From positions 1 to 64,000 of the forward strand of contig MCFE01000021.1 in the NCBI GenBank assembly GCA_002104905.1: DNA of 64,000 bases. Direction: 5' to 3'. The notes beneath the pieces were generated by a model. It was not told the DNA's origin. It did not search any database and saw only the letters and a list, made by a program, of their open reading frames with translations. Numbering within the stretch: the first letter of the stretch is position 1; each line of letters begins with the position of its first letter. The DNA comes from Basidiobolus meristosporus CBS 931.73 (Eukaryota; Fungi; Basidiobolomycota). The translations under genes were made by a program, and so were the position numbers. Positions 16,387-30,718 of this stretch are shown one piece after another.

Positions 16387-18381
16387 TCAAAACTGGCCAT
16401 TTGATGGAATGTATTCTTGATTCAGGACTTCAGGTTGGTAGCCACCTACCAGCATTTGATCATACATCTCGTTCTCGTAGCTGGATAGGAGCTCTTCATT
16501 CGGTGGTACTTGAGCCAGATTTCCGAACAATGGATCAATAGAAATCTCCGAAAGTTGACTGGTGCTTGCAGGGTTGACAAACTGGTTCTGCTCTAGTGGG
16601 TTTTGGTACAGGCTAAGTGGAGAGGTCAACACCAGTTCATTAGGTGTTGGAGTACCATTTTCTGTAGGGGAGTTGGATTCAGATGATTGATTGAGGTCAT
16701 GCTCGGCCAATGGCGGCGTAGTCGTGGCCAGATTCGATCCAATGGAAACCGTGCTTTGGCTCAAGGTGGCAATAATCTGTTCTTGCAATTCTGGGGTCAT
16801 TTCCGGGTTGGTAAATTGTCCGATCTCAGAAACCATTGAAACTGCTCTCGGCTTTTCCCCATGGCCGGGTATGTTCAGCATAGGGTCGGTCATCGCGCGA
16901 CGAGATATCATATCCACACATCCGTTCTCAACATCAGAGTTGCCTATAACTGGGAAGGACTGTCTTCGTTCGGGGATCAGTTGCGAGGCTAGGCCAGAGC
17001 CAGGGACAGTGGGTGCGTCGATCTGGGCTACCCTTTGCAAGTTGGGATCTGCTTGCATTAACATGACAAGCTGACTCTTCAAAGGCTGAGAGTTCCCTTT
17101 GATAATGTGCCGGAAAAAGCGGGACGCTTGTTTTCCTTCGGTGAAGTCACGGCAGGGAGTCCACACATTGAGGTTACCAGATTTAACTTCCATGAAGAAT
17201 GACGGAGTCTGATTAATATCGATGGCGAGGTGACTGAAGACAGCATCAAGGGTTTTGTACTCCAAGCCCACCACCGATGAAAACGGGAATTCTAGTTTGA
17301 AGCGTGCATTATTGTCCATGATTTGCCAGGTCATCTTCTTCTCCACTGTATTGAAGAAGCAAACGAGATCCGTGGAGGTTATGGACATACGCCTCCAGGA
17401 ACCAACACTAAGCGTGTCGCATGAGAAGGTATAACACCCATCATTTGAGGCAGCATTAGGGGTGGAGGGGGCTGACATACTGCGTACCATCATTGTTGGT
17501 CTATTGTGGTTCTCGCGCACTGAAATACCGTAAGCACCTTGTGCGTTGATGAACGCTGGGTTGGGATAACCCATAGGGAGTTGGCCATGATATGGAGGTG
17601 CATAGAACCCGGGCATGTTAATACCGCCATGCTGGCCAGGGTGAGGAACTGGTGCGCCTGGTGTGACCGGAGTCATGAAATCAGAGTTCGATCGAGGGAG
17701 AGGTACCCGGGCATTCGCATATGGGGCCATTCCCATACGGAAGGGAAATAGGTTGGAGTTGTACCCCGCCATGCAAGAATTGAGATATTGCTGCTTTAGA
17801 GCCTCCTCTTGAAGCATATGTGAGCGCTTCTGCATCAGCTTTACCTTGGCTCTTCTGTTCTGGAACCAGATTTGAATTGAACGTTCTGACATCTTCACTC
17901 GCTCAGCCAGTGCTTCACGCACCTTGCTATTGGGAGATGTGTTGGTCAAAAAGGTTTCTTCCAGTATTGCCAGCTGTTCTGCGGTAGCTCGCGTACGTTT
18001 CTTGGATGGTGTGGTATCCTTCTTACCATCGGCAAGGTCGCTGTGATCATGTTCTTGCTCCTGAGAGTCTACGTCGGAATGTTCTGCTGAAGGGGATGAT
18101 GCCTTTTCGTTCTTGGGGGGCTCCAGAGCACCTTCATCCGGTCCTTGTGGGGTTTTATTGCTTGCAGAGATTGATCCTTTGTCCGTGGGATCTACTTTAT
18201 TCACACTGGACTGTGAAGAAACCTCGGTAGATTCACCAATGGTGTCAAAACTAGACGTATCAATATACTGCGCGAACTCATTATCATCTGTGCAAGCACT
18301 CCGCTCTATGTCTGAAACATGTGACGAACAGTGTTTCTTAGAAGGAGGTTCTCCTTTGAAGTCAATTAGGTCGGAGGACAT
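16387..18381 (-). CDS. Fungal homeodomain transcription factor, Pah1-like, intronless
   Basis: Homeodomain KKRTRATAEQLAILEETF...IQIWFQNRRAKVK, plus the downstream domain typical of this family (FSCDTLSVGSWRR..DLVCFF..FKLEFPFSSV). Confidence 0.88.
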   Translation of the reverse strand: MSSDLIDFKGEPPSKKHCSSHVSDIERSACTDDNEFAQYIDTSSFDTIGESTEVSSQSSVNKVDPTDKGSISASNKTPQGPDEGALEPPKNEKASSPSAEHSDVDSQEQEHDHSDLADGKKDTTPSKKRTRATAEQLAILEETFLTNTSPNSKVREALAERVKMSERSIQIWFQNRRAKVKLMQKRSHMLQEEALKQQYLNSCMAGYNSNLFPFRMGMAPYANARVPLPRSNSDFMTPVTPGAPVPHPGQHGGINMPGFYAPPYHGQLPMGYPNPAFINAQGAYGISVRENHNRPTMMVRSMSAPSTPNAASNDGCYTFSCDTLSVGSWRRMSITSTDLVCFFNTVEKKMTWQIMDNNARFKLEFPFSSVVGLEYKTLDAVFSHLAIDINQTPSFFMEVKSGNLNVWTPCRDFTEGKQASRFFRHIIKGNSQPLKSQLVMLMQADPNLQRVAQIDAPTVPGSGLASQLIPERRQSFPVIGNSDVENGCVDMISRRAMTDPMLNIPGHGEKPRAVSMVSEIGQFTNPEMTPELQEQIIATLSQSTVSIGSNLATTTPPLAEHDLNQSSESNSPTENGTPTPNELVLTSPLSLYQNPLEQNQFVNPASTSQLSEISIDPLFGNLAQVPPNEELLSSYENEMYDQMLVGGYQPEVLNQEYIPSNGQF

Positions 18382-19299
18382 TTCGTGTCGTATTTATTTG
18401 AAGAAAGTATCGGAATGCTCTATAAGGAGAGGTTAAAATTAAGGTCGGGAAACTAAAGTCAGGCAAAAATGAGCTAATGTACACTGTAATAACAAAAGCG
18501 ATGGATAGAAAGGTGCACGAATAAAAAGATTAGAGGGCTGGCACTTCGATTTGATGGAGTAGGTGAACACCCGATGTGGTTTTTATAGAGAATGATGAAG
18601 CCGTCAGGATCTTGGAATGGTGTCAAACACTGAGCACGTTAAATCCGGGCAAATCAAAGCTCTCACAGGCCAATAAGGAAATAGAAGGTTTTCAACCAAG
18701 GAACCATGCCATCTTGCACTGGTCAGATGCTGCGTTTCACTAGCAGAGGTAATATTCGTTTGTTTGGATGACCTTGTATACTCTCATGTCTGATTCCCAT
18801 ATATAGTAACCTTACCGCTCACACTAATGGCTATGGTTTTGTGAGAAGGCCCCCATTTGTACAACCTGCGGTTTGTGTGACGGGTAATTTACCCCTCGGA
18901 TCAAATCCTTCTGGATCAAATCAAGCGATCTCAAAATAGCGCCCTAACAGGTTTTCTTAATTCATTTACCAAATATATCAGACGGATGTCCAGCTAATTC
19001 AAACATACATTTATTTATTTCTTACTGGCACAACTCAATTTTCCATTCACTATCCGTCTTAGGAAGACTCCAACCACTATTTGCTAAATCGAGATCAGTA
19101 TGACTTGGAGCATGCATTTTCGAAAAACCATGTGCAGGTATTGAGTACCAAGTGTGTTCGAGTGAGCCCATGGCTCTATTTAATATTCTAGGAAACCCAT
19201 GGCCCAGTTAGCCCAAGCATAAGTTTACGTAGTGGCTTGGTGGATGTAATGTTAGGCCTTGAGATGTTGTATAGTACAGCATCTTGGTGGCAAACACCT

Positions 19300-21700
19300 T
19301 ACCTGCTTGCTGAATTTCACTGTGGTTTGATGGGGAGCGATTGGCTGGGGAGCTGTATGTGATACGGATCCACACTCTTTGGGAATCCCGGAGATCAGCA
19401 TAATTGAAAATTGTATTGAGCTCGAAAATGCATGCAACTTTAAATTAAATACTAGTGATCTTTGGGAGAACACAATTCCTTGATAAATCAGTGATTTCTC
19501 ATGCATGATCCCCTCAAGGATTCTTCATGAAGAGTGCAGGTCTCATTACCGTATGGATGAAGGCTTTTCTCGGAAGGGAAGATATCATTGGATTAGACTG
19601 TTAGGTGCTACCAAAACAAATACTCCCAGTGGAAATGAAGTCATCAAGCCTCATTAGGTCTGAATCTTCATTTGTTACTTTCGACCAGATGTTTGTCAAC
19701 GACGAGTATGCTGACCACTGTATGTCTGATGAAAACCTGGTCTGGAAGCATCCTGGTTGCTGATGGGCATCAGAGCACACGACAAACCTCTAATTCGCTT
19801 CTCGTCAGTGATGTAACCTCCACAAGGCACTCTTTAAATCCAATCCTCAAGCATTGAAAACCATGGTCTTGTGTGCTGCGCATGGACTGGATAAAGCAGG
19901 ATCCAGGATATCATCCACAGGACAGCATCCACTTCAGACAAGACTTCCTGTGGACACAACTTTTGAGTACCCTTGCTTCATCTATATTTGGTCAAATAAA
20001 TTTATTTCGTGATACTCATCAACCGGAATGTAACAAGCTCGGAACTGGCCTACAGCTCCCGCTAGAAAGTTATCAACAGTGAATACCATCGCCCCAGTGC
20101 AACGTGGGTATGGTTAGGCACTGTTGAACTTTCATCTGCTGAATGATTGGCCCACGACATATTGAGGTTTTGGCAGTCATGTACAACTATTCGATGACAA
20201 AGTGTATGCCAATTCTAGGCTTTACCACAAAGCCAAATGCGATGAAACACAATCTTTGTGCATGTGTGATAGATACCATTCCTTGAATATCTAACACAGG
20301 TTTGTGCCTATTGCATCGGAACAGATATGATATATTTAATGGATATTGTCGTCTGTTTGAGCTAGTTATAATGGATACAACTCGATTAAAAATTTTCATG
20401 GTCTTCATTTTCCACCAAGGGTGCAACGTTCACATGCAGAGTAACGGCCTCTCGAATTGTTAGGGTCTCCCTTCCTTTTCCAGAGCTACCTTGCATATTG
20501 TATTCATGCTGAACGTTAGATTATTGCAACCTTTTTCGAATGCCAGTTCATGTACTCATGATGCAGCAGGAGAGTGCAGTATCAAATCCTGGATCACTCC
20601 AAACTGGTAGGCAACCAATATGCAAAGTAGCAGGGCTTATCTATAATATACATACCGCTGTTACACTTGGATCATTTTATCCAGGTTTGCTGGGCTCTTG
20701 AGGCGAGTACCACTTAATGAGTAGATATGTCTTACTGATAAAAGTAGATTCCAGTATCTAGCCTCAAAATGCATGGATACAGAAAACACATGATTACAGG
20801 CCCGTTCTTCCAGCGTTGCAGAGGTATTAAGAAATGGACAACTAGTGATCGACAACCATATCAATAACTGATCGGTTACGGAGGATACCCCTTGCGTTGG
20901 TGAGTAGCCATTTATCCGATACATCTTCCATTATAAGAGATGTTCAGGTGTCTAGAGTGTTGCAGCACAGAAGAACTTCAATTGCTAAGAGTCAGGACAA
21001 CATCCATAGTACAAAAATGGGATCTCTTCCGACAGTATATGTCAAGTCCTACATCGTTGGTTTGGCAAGCTCTGAGTTGCCTGGGTTTCGGGTGTAGGTC
21101 CTTGAAGCCATGTTTCTTTTACATGTAGCCCTCCGATGCAGCCCCATCGATTGGGTCCCCTCATTGGGCAAAGTGCAGTTTTAGACCATCTCTGTGCAAC
21201 GACTGTTCATATATCAAATCCAGCGTACAGAATGCACTACCTAGCTAGTAGGAAATCGAAATCCAAGAAATCTAGGTTCTCGAGATCGATATCAACCTTC
21301 CACAACGGAGATCTAGTCCGCGATGAATGCGTCATTCGTATTCCCTCATCACACTTCACATGTGCTATGTTCTAATTCAGTGATGTAAGAGATTATCCAA
21401 CGTCGAATATTTCATTTATCAGGCTCCCAAAGAACTAGAATCCGGACTTTTACAGTGGCACGGTAATAAATCCCCGAAGTGAAACAGTGAAGACGCCTCA
21501 CATACCATATTGTCGGAAGTGCTACTTGAACACCGTTTAGTGCCGTTTCTTGATTGTAAATGTGAACGGACTATCAGGGTTGTCAATGTTCGAGCGGCTG
21601 CCTATTTTTAGATTCTTAACTACCCCACCTCATTGTCACCCACGCTATGGGTGGTAGAAATGACTCTCATCATCATAAATGGTTATTGTTTATTAGGCTC
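19300..21700 (-). mobile_element. Degenerate non-LTR (LINE, L1/Tx1-like) reverse-transcriptase relic; boundaries approximate
   Basis: RT motif remnants in correct order across frameshifts: GDPIDGAASEGY (~21170, ~PGPDG..EFY), RGILRNRSVIDMV (~20850, ~QSGF..RS..DN), VSMHFEARYWNLLLSV (~20770, ~LDFEKAF..W.FL), TLHVNVAP (~20440), RRQYPLNISYLF (~20340, ~RQGCPLSPYLF), ILDPALSS (~19890). Confidence 0.55.
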
Positions 21701-22902
21701 TAGAATGCATACAGCTTCTAGACCCAACTCCTGGTGATATCTGATTTGAAACCCCAGCGCTATTCGAGATAGTCTTCAGCCATCTTCTTATTGTAATACG
21801 TATACCTTCAGTGTTGTGACCTATTTGTCATTATATTAGTCATCAAGTGTGTAGGCTTAGTTTATAACAATCTGATGGTCAGTGCTGTGGATAAGAAAAA
21901 GGATCTGTTGTGCACACGGCTCTTTCCCATTCTGCTGATGATTGAAAGGAATCCCTATGACGAGTGGATCATACGGATGGGCTTATTTCCTCTGAGTCAT
22001 GCATAGCAGATCGCTGAAGGGCCAAGCATCATTACTTGGTGTGCATAGCTACCGGATCCACTGTGGAATACGCCTTGCATGGAGTAAAACTAACAAGAGG
22101 GGCAGTCGAAGACTCTACACGTAGGAGAGTTGCTATACTCACAGATCCAATGGCGCAATACTCATACTAGATTGCCAAGATGCATGAATGTCCTGTAGAT
22201 AAGACATTAAGCATAATTCATGATTAAACAGTGATGGTTGGAGGGCAATTTGTCTGAGGGATTTCAAATCGAGGAGCATACAGGCTGCTTAACACTCACC
22301 CTGGAACATATGCTGCTAAAACCAACCAGCCATATTTGTGAAGTAAGCCAGGTAGTGGAGACACAAACACTCCTCTCGCTCTTTTCCAAAACAGGTTGCA
22401 ATAGGGCTCGGTGCTATGGTTATACCTGAACACTACGGACTCTTCATGCTAGTATTAATCGAAATTTGATAGCAAGCGTACACAAAGAGCGCTTCATGGG
22501 CATCGGAGCCAGCATTCACGAATGTATTCGAGCACGAACGAGTCCCTTGCATGGTGTTATACTGGAGCATACTTCCATGGAAAGTAGGGTAATATCAGAG
22601 GTACAGTGCTGATGATGTAAAGCATAAATAGGGATTGACGGGGCTGAAACTGCTTTGTGGTGAATTTCCATTGGATGCTCACGTTATATTGATGTATTTG
22701 CAGTCCAGCTACTACCAGACTCCTTTACCACTTTGCTCACAATAAAATATTACTAATAAATTTCCGTATTAAGTGATCATGCCCCTTTTCCGCCTCGGCA
22801 TGATGATTTAACCACAAGTTTCGCCCGCTCCATATTTATAAGAGCATTTTGTCCCATCTCCTTCAACACTGAGCTTCCTCGTTTGCATATCGAGTTCTTA
22901 CG

Positions 22903-24119
22903 ATGACTATTGCTGATACTTTCCTCTTCACCTCGGAGTCTGTCGGCGAGGGCCACCCTGGTACGTAGTAATGCTTCATCATTCCAACTACATTCTTTCT
23001 GATTTGCCACAAATCACAGACAAGATTTGCGATCAAGTGTCTGATGCGATCCTTGATGCTTGTCTTGCCCAGGACCCTCTATCAAAAGTGGCCTGTGAGA
23101 CTGCCGCCAAGACTGGCATGATCATGGTATTCGGAGAAATTACCACGAAAGCCCAGATTGACTATCAGAAGGTGATTCGTGAAACGATCCGTAAGATTGG
23201 ATATGACGACTCTGAGAAAGGCTTTGATTACAAGACTTGTAATGTGTTGGTTGCAATTGAGCAACAGTCTCCTGACATCGCCCAGGGTTTGGTTCAGGTC
23301 AGCCAAGCTATCGAGGACACTGGCGCTGGCGATCAAGGGATTATGTTTGGTTATGCTACCGATGAGACGCCCGAATTAATGCCTCTCACTGTTACACTCT
23401 CCCACAAGCTGAACTATAAAATGAGCCAACTTCGTCGCGACGGTACTCTTGGTTGGCTGCGTCCTGATTCCAAGACTCAGGTTACTGTGGAATACAAGAA
23501 CAACAATGGTGCCATGGTTCCTCTCCGAGTAGACACAGTTGTCATTTCGACACAGCATGCGCCGGACGTTGATAACGAGACGATCAGACGCGAATTGAAG
23601 GAGAAGGTAATTGACGCGGTAATCCCTGCCAATCTTCTTGACGACAGGACTGTCTACCACTTGAATCCTTCCGGTAAATTTATCATTGGTGGTCCTCAAG
23701 GTGATGCCGGTCTCACCGGTCGTAAGATCATAGTGGACACCTATGGCGGATGGGGTGCTCATGGTGGTGGCGCTTTTTCCGGAAAGGACTGGTCCAAGGT
23801 GGACCGCTCAGCAGCCTATACATCCCGTTGGATAGCTAAATCCTTGGTTGCTGCTGGCTTGGCGAAGCGCTGTTTGGTCCAGCTTTCGTATGCCATCGGC
23901 GTGTCTGAACCATTGTCTATCTTCGTTGATACTTACGGTACTAGCACCAAAACCAATGCTGAGCTCTTGGGCATTATCAAGAAGAACTGGGACCTTCGCC
24001 CTGGCGTGATCGTGAAGGAGCTCAATCTTTTCAAGCCAATTTACGCCAAGACCGCGTGCTATGGACACTTCGGCCGTGATGAGTTCTCTTGGGAACAGCC
24101 CAAGAAACTGGATATCTAA
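22903..24119 (+). CDS. SAM2: S-adenosylmethionine synthetase; one intron after GEGHP
   Basis: Exon 1 [19 protein letters not shown] joins [13 protein letters not shown]. Signatures GAGDQG and GGGAFSGKD are present, and the C-terminus reads ACYGHFGR. Confidence 0.97.
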
Positions 24120-24363
24120 AACTTTTCAAACCTACATACCTACCAAGGACATTATTTAAATCATAGATCTCTATGATAGTATGTAAGGCTTTCTCCGTTA
24201 CTGACGAGCATTATCCGTGGACATTGATTTCGAAAATTTGTGTGAAGATTGATTAGTTAAATTAAATTAGATGTCGCCAAGGCATCCACAATCTCTAAAT
24301 TTGGAAGTGTATTTATTTCTGATGACAATTGTATGCGCGAGTATATATGTTATCCGTACGGTT

Positions 24364-26985
24364 CTATTGCGGTGAGATGTTTTGAGTCGATGCGTTTTGT
24401 CGCTGAGCCCAGTTAAGTGCTCTTTGACGCTTTTGTATGTGCTTTAGTAGCGCGATAACGCTTGATGGCGTCATACCATCAATGCGCTTTGCGGCCCCTA
24501 AGGTGGTGGGTTTAATTAGCTTGAGTTTCTCTCTGGTCTCAGCTGAAAGGCACTGGAGGCTGGGGCTATCGTACTCGATATCTCCAGGGATTTGAATCGA
24601 TTCATCACGACGAAAAGCCTTCACTTCGACACTCTGCTTTTCAAGGTAGCCACTGTACAGACCTAAATGAAAGTGAATAAGTGGCACTCCTGGAGTTTTT
24701 GAGACGGCCATACCTTCAATGGCGATCTTATTCTTGACCGTTGTTGGCAGATCTTTTAGGCTTGGAACGAGAGGCTCAAAGTCGGCGATCTGTACCCCCG
24801 TATATCTTAGCATTCTCAAAGCGCTTCGGCGCTCTCCGTCCTGGTTAACAGTAAATCCATACTCACCCCATCGATTGGGAGTAAGTTCACATTTGGCCAT
24901 TGCCTCCAATCCTTTGTTGAGCTGCTCCTCCATTTGTAGATAGCGCGAGTAGCGATACTCCCCAACGCAACCAGCCTCATATCCCTTACGAGTTAATCTG
25001 ATGTCTGCATTATCAGCACGTAGCGACAAACGGTACTCAGACCTTGCAGTAAAAATGCGATAGGGCTCACTGACTCCCTTCGTGATTAGGTCATCAATTA
25101 ACACCCCGATGTAACCGTCAGCTCTGTCGAGGATCAGTGGTGCTTTGTTCTGAGCTGAGAGTGCGGCATTTACACCGGCCATAATACCCTGTATACAATC
25201 ATTAAATCACCGGCTCAATACAACTACACTGAATTGAATGTGACCTGTGCTGCTGCTTCTTCGTAGCCTGTTGTACCGTTGATTTGGCCGGCCATGTAGA
25301 GGCCCTGAATTCTATGGGTTTCCAATGTAGGGTATAGCTCACGAGGATCAATGTGATCATATTCGACACCATAGCCTGAAATATGTGAGTCAATGCCAAT
25401 GGATACACAGAGATATAGACCCTTACCTGGACGAAGCATCGTCACGTTCTCGAGACCCGGAATTGTACGAAGAAGTTTCAGCTGATATTCTTCTGGGAGA
25501 GTAACCGAGATGCCGTTGGGATAAACAACATCTGTGTCCAGTCCTTTGTAGTGCGAGATGATGTTAATCAATGCTAACAAGACACCCAAAATTTTTGAAT
25601 TTAAAAACCTTCAGGTTCGAGCCACACCATATGAGAGGCTTTGTTTGCAAACCGGATAACCTTCGATTCAATCGACGGACAATATCTGGGGAATCGAGGC
25701 AATGTTAGGTTAACCATCTAGCAGGATGTACACTAAGTAATCTACCTGGGTCCTTTTACTGTTTCTCGAATATGAATACTTTTATCCAGGTTCTCCATGA
25801 TGATCTTGTGCGAATCCGCGGTTGTGCCCGTTTGGAAGCATGGGATTTGCTCACCCTGAATATATAGGATAATACCCCTAAGTAAGTGTCTTAAGTCATG
25901 GTGCGTGGGCAAATATATACCTCCAGGGGAACGCTGTCATGAAGGTAGGAGAAAGGACTAGCCGGGACATCTCCATATTGTGGAATCAGATTCTTGTAAT
26001 CGATCGTACGCCCATCAAGACGGGGTGGTGTGCCAGTTTTGAGTCTTCCAAGCTTAAATCCAGCATTTTCTAAAGATTTCGAGAGAGCAACAGCAGCTTT
26101 CTCGCCGATTCTTCCGGCAGGATAACATGTCATGCCTACAACAATTCACCGATGAGGTGAGAATTCTCCAAATGGATGCTCAGCATCGAGTCTTACCAAT
26201 ATGTATCTCCCCTTGCAAGAAGGTTCCCGTAGTGATGACCACTTTTTTAGCTTGGATAACCTCCCCGGATTCTGTCGCAATACAAATAAGTGAACAAGAA
26301 CGGAAAAGTATGCATTCCTCAAAATCGTACCTAGTTTAATGCCTTTGATCTGGCCATAGACTGATTTTCTGTCGTCCTTTATTTCTGGCTCACCAACTAT
26401 AATATCTGAGACTCCACCAAGCTTGATGGAAAGGTTTGGATAGTTAGAAAGGCACTCTTGCATGTGCTTCTTGTAAAGTTTGCGATCGATTTGAGCTCTT
26501 GGACCCTGATAGTGCTCAATGAGTAACAAAGAAATATCACTCACAAGAAAGAACTATACTAACGTGGACTGCAGGGCCTCTAGAACGGTTGAGAATGCGG
26601 AAGTTTATGCCAGCCTTATCTGTTATTTCTTAGTAAGAGTGTATGGAATCTCCAAGCGAAAAGGAAATGTACCTGAAATACGGCCACACACACCGTCTAG
26701 CGCGTCGATTTCTTTTATCAAAATCCCTTTACCAATTCCTCCGAAAGAAGGATTGCAGCTCATTTCACCGATGGTTTCGAATTTGTGTGTTAACAAGAGA
26801 GTTTTAGCACCGGTTCTGGCGGCTGCGGCACAAGCCTCGGAACCCGCATGGCCTCCGCCAATGACAACAACATCGTACTTAAGACTGTTCGGTAATGGAG
26901 TAGAACCTGCTATGGTTGCCAAACAGCGTTTACCATAGGGTGTACGGAAAGTGGTGCGCAAAATCGAGCGACAGTACAAACTCAT
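24364..26985 (-). CDS. MTO1: Mitochondrial tRNA modification protein Mto1 (GidA/MnmG); multi-exon
   Basis: Presequence-like N-terminus, [54 protein letters not shown] and [23 protein letters not shown]. Confidence 0.96.
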
Positions 26986-28088
26986 TGCTTCTCGGTCTCA
27001 AAGAGTCAAATTGTTCTATCCAACAATAAGTACAAGCCCAGGAGTCACATTAATTTTTTTTGCCAAATACTGATAGGTTACACCCAGGATCTGGCCATAT
27101 TTAGTAGACCATGACCATCAAAGATTGGGCCATATCACGTGCGCGTTCGAACTGATTTTTGCATTAATTCGTGAGTATTTAGACTTGACTGATTAAATCC
27201 TTCCCATGTTTACCAATCTTTTAAGCTGTCAAAAACATAACGATTCCCCCTTCGAAGTCACATTATGATTTTCTGATGGATAATTCATTGAGAGGCTTGT
27301 GGAACTAAAACACCAGTTATTCAATCTATAATTACAACCTTGATGTGCAACTTCATATTAGTTTGGTTGAATTACATGCCAAAAAGGCAGTAATGCAAAC
27401 CTAGGGGTCCACAGTCGAGTGGATCGCTGTTTTTTTATTGAATATAGGTGCAGAATATGATATCTGGAATGGTATTGCTCTGGATCTGGTTTTGGAGGCG
27501 CTCATAGGAGGACAATATAGCTAACAACATAGTGGGATATCTCCCTTCTCCACCGCCTTGTATAGCCATAATCCAATAGTCGAACTAAAGTGTCAGTTCC
27601 CATTATTTAGTCTTCGAGTTGTGGGTATTAGGAACAGTGCCTTGGATAAAGAAATATTTGGCATGAATTGTGTGAAATGAGGGTATTCGACTCCATACAT
27701 CACCGAGGCTACTTGGTGCTACTAGTTTGATATATAGTTGTAATTAAAAAGGAAAATTGCAATTTAAACTCAACCAGTGGGCACCTCAGGTAGGTTTCAC
27801 GAATGGTCCTGCCACCTCTTCCCTTTCACACTGATACATGGAACATTAGCGAAATCAATTGGATCTAAATTATTATGCACAATAATTCATCAATGTTTAA
27901 TCACTTCCCTGAGTTATCTTCACTCGTTACCTCAGTGAAGTACACACCTGCCCCACCAATCCGGAATAGTGCTCCCCACTTTCATCTGGGTACCTATCTT
28001 GAGTAGCCGCCAGTCAAAGCGTCGTTTCAAGTCAACGTTTCTACTGGACACATACCTCTTCTCAACTTTTGGTGCAAACAACAACGCA

Positions 28089-29666
28089 ATGTCACAGGTA
28101 CTTCTGTTCTCAGAGCTGTCCAACAAATACCCATTCTATATACTGACCTTGTGTAATAGAGATATGGTGGACGCTGGAAGAATGCCAAGAAAGGCACACA
28201 ATTTACCATCATGGTTGTTGGTGGGTGTTTATTCTATTCTAACTCTAAGATTTCTTTCTCTATATTGGCATCTAATATGGTATCTTGAGAATAGGTGCCT
28301 CCGGTCTAGGTAGAACTACCTTTGTAAACACACTATGCGAGAAAAAGATCCTCCCGAATAGAGAAGATTTTAACCCTGACACTGCTCATCAACCTACCCC
28401 CGTTCAAATTCGACCGATCCATGCTGGTAATGATTCCACTGCCTTGAAATTAAGTGAAGTATCCGCATCTGATATAGTGTTTTACTACATAGAACTCGAG
28501 GAAGATGGAATGAGAATTGCACTCACCGTAGTTGATACTCCTGGCTTTGGTGACAATATTGATAATGTGGCTAGGTATGTGATAAACTTGTCAAGATGTG
28601 GGTAAGCCAGGACTAACTTATTTCGTTCCATGTCAATATCTATAGCTTCAATGAAATTTTGAACTACGTAGAACAACAATATGATATCATTCTCAGTGAA
28701 GAATCACGAATTCGTCGTAACCCCAAATTCCAAGACAACCGTGTTCATGCCCTCATCTACTTCATAACACCCACCGGTCATTCGTAAGTAGGATTTTCTT
28801 CAATCTTGACGTTCACTTCCAGGGTACTTACACAGTCTCTATACTTCATTTCAAGGCTCCGTGAGATGGATATCGAGCTGATGAAACGTTTGGGTCCACG
28901 AGTCAACATTATACCTGTAATTGGTAAAGCGGATACTCTAACCCCAACAGAGCTAGCAAGCTTCAAAAAAAGGGTAAGTAGACAAGTAATCATCGGCCCC
29001 AATGCCACAAGGTGTTTCTAAACAAACTCAGGTCATGGAAGACATTGAATATTATAGGATTCCCATTTATGACTTTCCCAACGATCCTGATGATGAGGAA
29101 GAGATGATCGAGGAAAACAATGAGCTCCGTGTAAGCATTCATTCGATTGCCCTGTCCTCAACAGGTATTAACGCTTGAGTAGGCTCTGCTTCCCTTCGCC
29201 GTGATAGGCAACGAAGAGGAGTTTGTTGTGGATGGTGTAAAAATCCGAGGAAGAAGATATCCCTGGGGCTACATCGACGGTTGGTGTTGTTACATGTACT
29301 TTTAGAAGAGAATATTAACCAACAATCTCCTTCAGTTGACAACCCGGATCATTGTGACTTTGATCGTTTGCGCTTCATGCTGCTAAAGTATATACTCGAC
29401 TATATAGTTATTGAAGAAAACGTGTACTAACCACCTTTCAGTTCTCACATGACTGACCTGCGCGAACTTACGCACAATGTACTTTACGAGAACTATAGAA
29501 CCGAAAAGCTTAGTCGTATGAGCCCTGAATTGCTAGAGTGCGGTGATATGATTTCATTCAAAAGCATGCACGCATACTAATGGGTATCCAATTTGTAGGA
29601 AGGAGCTTAGATCCGCTACTACCTCTGAGCCTGGCTCGCCCATTTCCTCCGTCTCACGCCCATTAA
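28089..29666 (+). CDS. Septin, Cdc11/AspA-like; multi-exon
   Basis: Spliced KKGTQFTIMVVGASGLGRTTFVNTL, LTVVDTPGFGD, DNRVHALIYFI, VNIIPVIGKADTLT, RRYPWG and LYENYRTEKLS. Confidence 0.92.
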
Positions 29667-30718
29667 GCCCATAATTAGCAAGCCGCTCTTCCGCAAAAAT
29701 TATGAGTGAAGAAATCCCTTCTTCAGATACAACCCCACCCTTTAAAACACTTATTCACACTTATTTCTACACTGTCTTCGGATTGTTAGTTCTTTATGAA
29801 GGTACCTTTTTTATATGTTCGACTTGCGCTGTTGTCCAACACAAACATGAATGCATTAATTTCGAGCTACTCTGCAACAAGTCAATCATTTAATCACTTA
29901 TTTGCTCTCCCGCAATAACAATAGTACGAGACAAATGGGTTTGGGCATAGGGCGAGTTGGATGTAATCAGCAAAGGTACTCCAAACAACAATCGCATTCA
30001 GATCGCAAATGTAATCTCCCAAATGCTGTTGATTATCCCCCCTGAATTAGCGCTATCCAATCCTGATGAGGTGTTACGTTAGACTAATACAGATTGTGTC
30101 TATGTCTTCAAGAGCAACTCGAAACGATCATTTTACTTGGTCTCTCTTGCTCGATTAAAATACGTCAGCGTACGCACCACCTAGAATATTTAGCACTGCT
30201 CAGTCATCAACAGCATATGGCAGCGCTCTTGCGGTAGTAGTCAATAGTTGACTGACGCTGCTTGATTTTACAGAATTGGCCCAATCTATTTACACATATC
30301 ATGACTAAGGCAAAAGGAATCCATTCTAAATCCTGAGGCATTACTGCTGAGTTACCCCTGACTACTTGTAATCTGGATACAATTCGTAATTACCGTATCG
30401 GTGACCAAATTGAAGATGACCTCGCATCTAGTCAAGTTGTGCTGGTGATCCATCGATTTTGCTCTTATGGCAAATATATCGGTTGTATTTTATTGTATGT
30501 TGATGGGCGATCGAGGTCGATTCGATCTCAAGGGCTACGACAGAACAGTGGTTCCAATAAAGGAAATCTCAACGGGGAGGGCTATCTATGATTTATTTAG
30601 AAACTCGCGATCGCGGTAGCAACTGGAAGTTCGTGTTGGAGGCTGATCTATTATAAATAAGCGTTGGTGTTTCGATTCACTGCCTATAACCAACTCCTAA
30701 ATACTATTCAAAGAAGCC

